Origin: Antedon mediterranea
Lineage: Eukaryota > Animalia > Echinodermata
Assembly (NCBI RefSeq): GCF_964355755.1
Contig: NC_092672.1
Coordinates: 37,454,437 to 37,518,436, forward strand
Direction of reading: 5' to 3'
Length of the DNA stretch: 64,000 nt
Under the pieces are notes generated by a model that saw only the letters and a program-made list of their open reading frames with translations, had not been told where the DNA came from and searched no databases. A program made the translations under genes and the position numbers. Numbering within the stretch: position 1 is the first letter of the stretch; each line of letters begins with the position of its first letter. This document shows positions 38,978 to 49,600 of this stretch, piece after piece.

Positions 38978-41315
38978 TTATAATTCTTCTTTTTCGTACT
39001 CCTCTGCTGTTTTCTCCACATAAGGTCCATTTTGGTATTCTTCTGGTACCTCTGCATGCAATGTCTTCTTTCTGTAAAATCCTTTGTGGACCATCAAAGC
39101 ATTCAACTCTTTTTGTGTCATTGGGGCCATATCAATTTTCTGATGAAAACAAGACAGTTATAATGCAGCAAAAAGTGTACATATTATATCCATACAACTA
39201 TTGCTACACTAATCTTTGTTATAAGGTAAAGGTCCCGTATTCATTCTCAATAAAAGAGAATAAGCTGTTTAAGAGCTCATTGTACTAAAGCCACAGCTCA
39301 TGTTGTAGGATGGCCAGTCCCTTCCCACGTCAGCTTATTTTCCCCAGGTAATCTTTTCCACGCCAGCTTATCTTTACCAGGTAATCCTTTCCACGCAGGC
39401 TTATCTTCCCCAGGTAATCTTTTCCACGCCAGCTTATCTTCCTCGGGTAATCCTTTCCACGCCAGCTTATCTTTCCCAGGTAATCCTTTACAACTGAGTG
39501 GAATGGAAGTTTAACCATGTGATGTGCCCATAAATATGATGTCATATCACTACCATATTTGGGCATATTACTACCATATTTGTGCACATCACACTTTTTT
39601 TGTCACATAAAATTTGATAGTGTAGACAGAGCTTAATAGGAGTAGTTCTATTGTAATATTATTTCTATACATTAAATCAAAATGCTACGTACCTCTACCG
39701 TTTCGTCATTAGCATCTAGTAGAAACATGAAAGGAGAGGCGCCAGGTTTGGGCTTGAACTCTGCATTGTGGCTTCATTCAGAAAATCAAGGAAATTAAAT
39801 GTTTGCACTTGATTATGCAACAATTATTGATGCAATATTAAATATTATATAACACCTATATAAATTCCTGTCATTTGATTGGACGAATGTGGGTCACATG
39901 GCGTGCAATAGTACGCACTATTCAACGATCGTTAAATAGTACTTTTTGAAACATTTTTGTGTACGAAAAAAAAACGTCTAGATGTTATATAAAACAAATA
40001 ATGAATGTTTTGTATTCGTGTAATGGTACAAATAATGGCACTTGGTGAATGATGAAAGGTTATATCAACTCGGCTTTGCCTCGTTGATATAACCTTTCAT
40101 CATTCACCTCGTGCCATTATTTGTACCATTGCACTCATAAACATTCATTATTTGTATATCATCTACTGGAACATTGAACAATTGTCAATGTATTAACACC
40201 ACTTCATACCAGTAAGGCATGTGGCGCGTGTGTTGGACGCTGGACTACTGATTGTGGGTTCGAATCCAACGCTTGTCGCAAGACAGTTAACTTAAGTTTG
40301 CCTCTCTCCAACCAGGTGTACAAAAGGTACCTGATAACGTGAAGACACAACTTTGCCCTGATTACTAGCTGCATTATGGGAGTATGTTTCCATATTTTTT
40401 GGATCCAAAAATTACCGGGGTAATAACATGTACAGCGCGTAGAGAACCAGAACCGGTTGTTTATAACCAAAGGAGCTTTATAAAGCCAGGATATTACTAT
40501 TATACCTACCACTTATTCTACAGTACTGTTTATTACCCCTGAAGGATCTGGTATCATGTTTCTACTATCAATTGATAACATTGCCAAACACTATCTTGAC
40601 ATGATTTATGATTCTCAATAAAAAAGATTGTTTACAAAAGATACAAGTATGGGAGGTCATCATGTATGAACCGTTTAACTTCCGGCAGTTTGTTCAAACG
40701 TCATCCGGTGCAACTCTGCAAATTTTAAAAAAAAAGGTTTATTGTTCTCTGAAATTTTTAAATACATTGCATTTGTATTTGATTTCAATCTTGCTAGTAT
40801 GTGTTATTCTAACTTTTTATGAATCATTTTTTTTTTTTTTTTGCACAAACACAAGTCAACGAATTATTATTGAAGTATTTGAAAAGCTATGCTAAAAAAT
40901 GTAACATACTGCACTAATATTGAAAATTAAATTTAAATGTATTCATTTTTTTGTAAAATAAAAATATAAACTACTTAAGTTTTATTGTCCAAATAAAACA
41001 TAATAAAATGGCCGGTATTTTTACTCGGTAGACAGGTGAGAAAAACATAAGTAAATATTTCTTGTAGGCCTATCTCTATCAATAATAAGTAAAGCATCTG
41101 CTGTCGGGGATTGTGCACCTCCAGGGTAGTACGGTAAGTAGGGACCAGCCCACTCAACTCAACATTCCTAAACCAGCTGCTAACTGGACTGTCTCTACTC
41201 GCTAGCTATATGCTAGTTTTTTTAGCCTTACCTCAACTTTAGCCTTCATAACATCAGCAGAGATAGCAATACACATTGCCTGTAGACAAAGAAGTGCCGT
41301 AAAAACAGCCTTCAT
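38978..41315 (-). CDS. SELENOM: Selenoprotein M (Sep15/SelM family), 4 exons, ~131 aa, Sec encoded by UGA at 40701-40703
   Basis: Exons 41232-41315, 40645-40715, 39693-39771 and 38978-39139 give MKAVFTALLCLQAMCIAISADVMKAKVESCTG(U)RLNKLPEVKRFIHDDLPYFHNAEFKPKPGASPFMFLLDANDETVEKIDMAPMTQKELNALMVHKGFYRKKTLHAEVPEEYQNGPYVEKTAEEYEKEEL. It has a signal peptide, a CxxU motif, GFYRK and a C-terminal KEEL. Confidence 0.93.
39328..39490. repeat. 27-bp tandem repeat in SELENOM intron 3
   Basis: CCACGCCAGCTTATCTT(T/C)CCCAGGTAATCCTTT-type units. This explains the repetitive GKISWRGKDY ORF. The unit length is approximate (27-33 bp). Confidence 0.8.
39994..40155. repeat. Long near-perfect inverted repeat (hairpin) in SELENOM intron 2
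   Basis: AATGGTACAAATAATGGCAC..GGTGAATGATGAAAGGTTATATCAAC pairs with GTTGATATAACCTTTCATCATTCACC..GTGCCATTATTTGTACCATT around the apex TCGGCTTTGCCTC. Confidence 0.9.
40212..40335 (+). mobile_element. Degenerate tRNA-derived SINE
   Basis: TGGCGCGTGTGTTGG (A-box-like) and GGTTCGAATCC (B-box), followed by a GCCTCTCTCCAACCAGGTGTACAAAAGGTACC body. Confidence 0.5.
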
Positions 41316-42452
41316 TTTCTTTAGATTCTTCTAAAATAAAATAAAGGGATTCTTAGACCAGCGAATCGTTAAATAATGACACGTAGAATTGTTATTCGGT
41401 ACTGGAAGTCAAAGGTATTGTTTACGGTCTCCGCTTCACTGAACAATCGCACGCTCGAACGAATTCAATAACAATAAAACAAAAGATAGTGTAGGCCGCC
41501 CTCACATAATATGAACTTAAGCAAAGTAACTACAGAACAAAGTAAGTAAGCTCCATCCAAAAACTATGATTATCAATTATCTGTTTCTGCAGGGTTTTTT
41601 TTTCAACTACGTACTAATAACATATCTTTTTAATCAAGCCTTCTTTTAAATAAACGATCATACAATAAACGGTAACAACCGACATACTAATATTAACAAT
41701 GAACCGGCCATGCAGATTGTCAAACAATGTATAAACGGCGCCGTTTTCCGTTCCGTGAAACGGAAAGTGTGAATGTAGTCCGGGATGTCATTTTACATTA
41801 ATCAAGTTTCTCACAAATTAATTTTTTTTAAGTTTTAAACCATTTAGGGTTGTTAACACTATTTTGCTGCGACGACTTTGTGACATTTGTTGCAAAAAAT
41901 ACATATTCAGACAAATTCTACAATTTAAAACGATATATTTATTGTACAACTATATACATTCATTGCATCATTGCAATACATAAATTATTGTTATTGAATT
42001 CAATACAGCATGAAGACTCTCCCTCTTCTCCATTCAACCCCCCTCTCCTCTCGTCTTTTGGTCTCAATGAATTCAAAATACTTTGTTAGTAATAAAGATT
42101 GGTTCCCACTCAAGAGAAAACGCAATGATGTAGGCGCAACGCGACAGTTCAGATGATTCATCGCTTGTGATTGGTCGAATCACATACATTGCGCTTACGT
42201 CATGGCGTTGTGTCTCTAGTTAGGAATCAAGGAAATGAGAAATTAAGGCATGTAGGCCTAACACGTCCCGTCTCGCAATTCAGAAACACCCCATACGCTT
42301 AAAAGCTCCACCAAGTCAACGCCCAAAAAACTGCACTGGACTGCAAATTCACCTTCCCTCTTGTGGAATAAAAGTTAAAACAAATTGAGGGTTCGTTGCA
42401 TAGACAAAAAATGAATATATTATCTAATAATCATAAAGACAAGATCACGTAC

Positions 42453-42607
42453 CTGGCACGCATCAACCCCTCCTTCGTCGTAACCTGCACAGATCATATT
42501 GGAGGTAAGGTCGCCGGCTGAATAGCCACTAAAGCCTGAACAGACGGAACTTTCACCAATATAAGGAACTGCAGACTCTTGTAGAACCTTAGAAGTTGAT
42601 CCAGATT
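42453..42607 (-). pseudogene. Isolated trypsin-family (S1A) serine protease exon
   Basis: CAG|...|GTACGT, 155 nt and open: SGSTSKVLQESAVPYIGESSVCSGFSGYSAGDLTSNMICAGYDEGGVDACQ. I found no other protease exons in the window. Confidence 0.8.
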
Positions 42608-42634
42608 CTGATGGGAAAAAAATAATAATGTTGA

Positions 42635-44140
42635 TTTTATTTTTATTTTTATTTTATTTCATCATCACCCTACAGTGACCAAACGTCACCATTAACAGGG
42701 CTGAAAGTCGTAAAATATAACATATAATATACAAGCAAAAATCAACAGAAAACAAGACAACATTTAAATATTAATGACATTAGACAAAACCTTGTGACGG
42801 AAACAAGCAAGGGAATAAAAAAAAATATCAACAGATCCATCAATTTTACATAGTGAGTGGTATAACTTAGGCAAACGATTAACAAAACCATTTTTAGTAA
42901 TATTTACCCTCCCTCTTGATATAGAAAATAAAGCAGGATAACGCAATTGATATTGTGGAACAGAAATAGGAAAGTACACTTCAAAATTACCATGAAAAAT
43001 TGAGTTCACAGCTTTAAAAAGAAAAATTAAATCAAATAACTTACGCCTACCCGCTAAATTAATAAGAACGTCTTTGCTAATAGAACCAAATTTACGCACA
43101 TAAAATCGACAAAACTTGTTCTGTACACTTTGTAATCTAGAAGACTGGGCAAGAGAAATAGAGTTAAAAATAACACTGCAGAATGCAAGATTCGACCTAA
43201 CTAAAGATTTGTATAAAATAACTAATGCCTTTTTATCGTTGATATGTCTGCAATGTCTCCAAAGAAAACCCAAAAGTCTATTGCATTTAGAGACTATAAA
43301 ATCAATATGTTTACAGAAGGTTAATGAACTATCTAAAAAAACACCAAGGTCTTTATGAACAGAGACTCTTTCAAGTATAATATTCTTAATATAAAAGTCA
43401 AAATAGATGGGTTTTTTCTTAAGAGTAAAAGACATTGATTTGCATTTAGAGGCATTGACTGACATATTCCAAGTGTCGCACCAGTGAATGAGTCTGTCAA
43501 CGTCTTCTTGTAACAACAACAAATCATTTAAAGTTTGTATAGACTTAAATAATTTAATATCGTCAGCAAACATAAGAACATTAGAATGACGAGGAACAAA
43601 GGAAAAATCGTTAATAAACATAATGAAAAAAAAGAGGCTCCAAAATAGACCCCTGAGGCACGCCAGATAAAACTGGAAGCCATTCAGACGTGTTACCATC
43701 AAAAGTGACTCTCTGAAACCTGTCCGATAAATAACTTGTAAAAAATAAAATTAAATCGTGATTTAGACCAAATTGTTGAAGTTTAAACAAGAGCAACTTA
43801 TGGGAGACCCTGTCAAAGGCTTTAGCCATGTCTGTATATACAACTTCGCATTGCCCTTTTGCATTTATTGCGTCATACGCATGTGACAACAGAACAGACA
43901 AATTTGTTTCACAAGACCTTCCTGGGTAAAATCCGTGTTGATGGTCACTAATAACTGGTGATATATATTTAAAAATTTGGTCGTGAACAATTTTTTCAAA
44001 AACTTTAGAAATAGTTGGCAACAATGAAACCGGTCTATAATTGCGTACATCAGATTTAGAACCAGCTTTAAAGATAGGGCACACGTTAGCTTGCTTCCAT
44101 TTTATCGGAAAACGTTTCTTTGATTGAGAGACAAGAAAAC
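42635..44140 (-). mobile_element. 5'-truncated non-LTR retrotransposon (CR1/L2/Jockey group) with frameshifted reverse transcriptase
   Basis: ORFs 43611-44216 and 42764-43702 carry WKQANVCPIFKAG, NYRPVSLLP, QHGF, YTDMAKAFDRV, SGVPQGSIL, FADDIKL and KDLGVFLD. The 3' UTR has a hairpin and an (AAAAT)n tail near 42635-42660. Confidence 0.92.
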
Positions 44141-44519
44141 CTGGACATGTGATGTGGCCATATATGGACATGATGATGTTATATAAATATACCAAATTTG
44201 AACATATCAATACCATATTTGGAAACTTTTTCTTATTAAACTAGTTTAATAGTGTAGACAGGGCTTTACAATCAGTAACGCTACTTTCACACCTGTTTCA
44301 CGGTTTGTTAGAAAATGTTTCTTGAAATGTTTGAGGGCCTATATATGAGTAAACTTTATATTTAAAGTTATCGTGATTCTCTTTTTTTAAATGTTGTTGC
44401 CATTTTATATTAAATATACTATTTGTTTATTAAGAATTTTGAACAAAATAAATCAGAATTGTCTTCCGTTCCGTAAACGGAATTCAGCTTTCCGTGAACA
44501 GAACATGTGTGAATGCAGC

Positions 44520-44968
44520 CTAGGCATGGTTTCCACTAAAACGAAACGAAAAAGGAACGGGCTGTTTCAAGTTGTTTTACTCATCTAACAAGCATTAGGC
44601 TTGGTTTCCACTAGGACGCAACGAAAAAAAGAAGGAATGTTTTGTTTTACCATAATCAACTATGGTTTTACTCATCTAACAAGCACTAGGCTTGGTTTCC
44701 ACTAGGACGCAACGAAAAAAAGAAGGAATGTTTTGTTTTACCATAATCAACTATGGTTTTACTCATCTAACAAGCACTAGGCTTGGTTTCCACTAGGAAG
44801 CAACGAAAAAAAAGAAGGAATGTTTTGTTTTACCATAATCAACTATGGTTTTACTCATCTAACAAGCACTAGGCTTGGTTTCCACTAGGAAGCAACGAAA
44901 AAAAAGAAGGAATGTTTTGTTTTACCATAATCAACTATGGTTTTACTCATCTAACAAGCACTAGGACT
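44520..44968. repeat. ~90-bp tandem repeat derived from an H2-type MITE end
   Basis: Unit AGGCTTGGTTTCCACTAGGACGCAACGAAAAAAGAAGGAATG...CTCATCTAACAAGCACT, 4-5 copies. Confidence 0.9.
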
Positions 44969-45103
44969 CAACAGAAGGATGAAAGGCAATTTCAAGCTGT
45001 TTTTGTTTTACTCATCTAACAATTCAGCTCACCCAAAAAGGTTCAGCTATTTAATAACACTATTTACAATTATAACAATATTTTGCATTAGATGATACTT
45101 CAA

Positions 45104-45264
45104 TTAAAGCTCTGTCTACACTATCAAAATTGTTTGACAAAAAGTGTGATATGCCCAAATATGGTAGTGATGTGCCCAAATATGGTAGTGATATGACATC
45201 ATCATGTCCATATATGGGCACATCACATTTTTTTGTCACATAAAGTTTGATAATTGAAGACAGA
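45104..45264. mobile_element. Harbinger-like MITE H1 copy
   Basis: TTAAAGCTCTGTCTACACTATCAAA start with a degenerate right TIR. Confidence 0.75.
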
Positions 45265-45819
45265 ATGAATACATTTACATAAATTACAATACAGTACTAC
45301 GCAAAGGAAAACGTAACAGAACTTCGAAAATAACAAACATTAAACCGGTTGTATTCGAAGCCTAAGCGACTCAAACACCTTTAAAAAGATATATGTTTGT
45401 GAGTCACTTAGCATCTCAAATTCTATCTAAATTACAGACTTTTTGCCTACTATGGGTAAATCATAATTGATATTAAAAATTGGCCTTGTCTTCGATTTTC
45501 TTGACCCAAAAACTAATTACGACATGACAAACATAATTATTATTACACAACACAAGTATTATTAAATGAACTAATTTAAACAAATAGTAAAACTAGCATA
45601 CATGGAAGCACATTTATATTGGCAATCTATTTAATATTTAAATTTAAATAAAAAACAAATTAAATCATTCGAGATAATTTTATAACATTACAATTTCTTT
45701 TAAAATAATATCTTGTTCAATTGTTACCAATGTTACCACTTTTTCAATTATTACAATATTATTTATAATATAAGGCCGGAATTTAATCAAACTGGTGCAC
45801 CATTCATTCCCATAAGTAA

Positions 45820-45904
45820 GGAGCCTCATTAATATTTTATGAGCCTCATTATTAATTCATGAACCTCATTAATAATTCATGAGCCTCATTAATAATTCAT
45901 GAGC
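45820..45904. repeat. 20-bp tandem repeat
   Basis: GAGCCTCATTAATAATTCAT repeated about 4 times. Confidence 0.85.
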
Positions 45905-46650
45905 GACATTGGCGCATGTTTGGAAAATTAAACTTTTATAGAGGGACTGTTTAGATATACAGTCTTGCTTATCATGTCAAGATAGTTTTACTATAAATGA
46001 AACTAAATTAGTATTTGCACAATATATGGAAGGTGGTACAATAGCAGTAGGGTAAATGAAGTGATATAAAGTTAAATACTGTACATATTAAGCTATAGTA
46101 TATTGATTGTTTATTGAAGTGAAGTCAAGGTCTAAACAACATGTTATGGAATTGCATGTCAGTATAAAAAATAAAAATCTACTATATCCATCCAATCTTT
46201 GTTCTAAAATTGTTTATATGAGAATGAATGACAATGTCAGCACTATTATAAATGTACTGTAGTTTTATTTTGTCTATATAATGTGGAAATGTTATAATAC
46301 ATGTATGATTGCTTTACAATACAATTTAATTTTATATAAATACTTAAACAAATCTTAGATAGTAAACAAATGATGATGATATTATTTGTATTCTGTCATT
46401 AAACTATAATAGAATTGTGTTCAACTGATTTTATGTATAAAGTGTCCATTTTAAACGGTTTAATTAAATACGTATTATAAACTTAATGTCAAGGTTCATG
46501 GGATAGTTCAGAGGTCACAGTTCATAGTTCAAAGGTGTTTAATTTATATAGGAAGACAAACAGTAGCGTGATAAGCACATAGCAAGTCATAGGCACTTTG
46601 TAATTATTTAGAGATGAGATACAAGTAAGGTTTTCCTCTGCCACAAACCG

Positions 46651-49600
46651 TCACAGTTCCTCAAAGAAAGTTACACGATCTTGAGTCGTTCCCGCTTTAG
46701 TCTGAAGAAAAAAGAAACCAAAAGTCTTCATTATTAAAGATATAATATATATTTTGATATTATTGATGTGTAAGCATTTCCACTACCACTGCCTCCCCAT
46801 TCCGGCCCCCACCCCCCCCTTTCCTGCTTTAAAATCAGCAAACTATCATCACACATAAATATTTGTCTACACTATCAAACTTTATGTGCAAACAAAAATG
46901 TGATGTGCCTATATATGGAAATGATATCACTACTATATTTGAGCATATCACTACCATATTTGGGCACATCACACTTTTTTTGTCAAACTAGTTTGATAGT
47001 GTAGACAGTGCTTAAGTTCACAGATACCCATGTCTCTATTGATGTTTCTTTTTTATTATGCAGATAGATTTCTTTATCTTTCTGTCTGCCTGTATTTTCT
47101 TTTAAATCAGTCTATTTTAAATGTTGTTATAGATACAAAAAAAAAGTTAATGATGAGCGTACCTTTTGTAACGTTGCATATTTATTCTCTCCTTGCTGTA
47201 ACAGCTGATTATGTATAATATCCCAATTTGTTTGTTTTTCTTCTACTTTCAACTCTTCAATTTCTGATTTAAGTCCATTCAATTGCAATTGTAAGTTTTT
47301 ACTCTTTTCCTGGTATTCAATTCTGTATGTAAATAAGTTACATTTAAATACATAACCATTACACAGCCTAAAAATGACAACATCAACTGGTGGTGTAATA
47401 ACGATTTTTTTTCTTACCTTTCTTTTTCAATTTCTTTTGAAAGTTTTTCAACTTCTGTGTCGTTCTCGTTGGTCAAAAGTTGATTTGTATCGATGGTTGG
47501 TAAACCTTGTATCTAAAAAAAAACAAACAATTAATTCAAAAGAAGAAACAGCAACATCAGTAACATTCATTTTGAGGCTGTATTTCCATAATTAACAGAT
47601 AAACTGCCTGTGGAAACAGGGTTTAACCGCTTCCACTCGAGAAAAATTAACTGATAAACTGCCTGTGGAAACGGGATTTAACCGCTTCCACTCGAGAAAA
47701 ATTAACCAATAATTATCTCATTTAAATCGGACAATTATCAGATAAATGCAATAATTTTTAATCTTTGACCTGGAGGACAAACTGTTGCATTGTAATTAGG
47801 ATTCTGGTGATTTTTGTCACTTTATTGATTAAAAAATTAACCGATAATTTTTGTTTTGTTTTTATTCTAATTATCATCATTTTTTCTTTTTAATACAGAT
47901 ATTTCAATGAGTTTATTTATTATTATTCTATCCTTTAACTTACAGATTTTTCAATGAGTTTATTTATTATTATTCTATTCTTTAACTTACAGATATTTCA
48001 ATGAGTTTTTCTTTGGCAATCATTTCACTTTGTCTTGCTTGTATTAACTGTTGTTTTAGATCTTCTGCTTCAATCATTCTAAAAATATTAAAAACATATT
48101 ACAAATATTTAAATTCTAAATAAAAACAATTACTAAAGCACAAGTAGTGTGCCTTTCACTCATCCTTTCTTTGATTTTTGTCCGACAATATCAATGGGAA
48201 AACTTACTGTAATAACATATTTTTATTTTATTAAAAGCTTTAAATAGTCAATAATGAATACGTCATTCCAAATGATACCTCATTTCAAATGATATTCTAT
48301 GAAGGGTGTTTATTTAAGGGGAGGGGGTAGTTTATTCATAGCGGGGGCGTTTATTCATAGCGGGGGCGTTTATTTGAATAAATACGGTAGTCAATAATAA
48401 CTACCTCATTTCTGATTCCTCTACGATCCTTCTAGCAATCTCACTGGCTTCTTGTAGTTTTTGTTCCATAAGTCGTTTCTCCTCTTCACTCTTTAAACAG
48501 AAAAATGTCAGGTGTTAAGCTCTGTCTACACTATCAAACTAGTTTGATGTGCCCAAATATGTTAGTGATATGACCAAATATGGTAGTGATATGACATCAT
48601 CATGCCCATATATGGGCACATCACATAAAGTTTGATATTGTAGACAGAGCTTTACAAAAAATGTATGATATTTTTATATAAATATACTATCCGACACAAA
48701 AAGTAGTTTAAATTTATAGAAAGGTTGTTTGAGCATTAATAGAGAAGTACCTGTATGACTTGCATGTTTATTCTTTGGATTTCTTGCTGCGCCTGTGATG
48801 CCTTCTGGGATAGAAGTCTAGCCTCCTCTTCAGCCACTCTAGCCTTTTCACTTAATAGATCAGCTGCTTCTTCTGACCGCATCTAAACACAACATAAAAC
48901 AATAATTTCAAAGAATTGAACCAATCAACAAGCTAACCTATTATACAAGGCAACTGAACAATCAACAAGCAAGGTCAGCAACTGACGTATTGTGAGCAAG
49001 TAAATATTATTTGTACTGGAGCAGTAGCTTGGTGGTTAACATGCTTGCCTTCAAAACCTATGGTCCAGTGTTCAATCCTTACCTATTACCACGGGTGTAA
49101 CTCACTACTCCACTCAATCCATAAAGCTCTGTCTACACTATCAAACTTTATGTGACAACAAAATGTGATGTGCCCATATATGAACATGATGATGTCATAT
49201 CACTACCATATTAGGGCACATCACAAATTAGTTTGATAGTGTAGATTTAGCTTTAGATGAGACTTACTGTATCCATCCTCTAAATGGTGAGTTGTTGTGT
49301 GTGAAAAAGAACAGAAATATAAATAAACATACCAATGCATCTTTGGCATTGAGGGCTTCTTCTTGGAAAGCCTGCAACTGCTGCTGTAAATCTTCCTTCT
49401 CTTTCTCAGCAAGTTCTCGCAGCTGTCTTTCTCTCGCTAATTTGTTTCTCTCAATCTATTATACGAGAAAAATAATCAACTACATTGACAGGGGAATTAG
49501 ATCAGTTATACCAGGAATGAATGGCTACAGTGCATACATGGCATATGTCACACAAATTGTTTAAAGAAATAACTCTTAAAATCTATTTTTGAGATGTATT

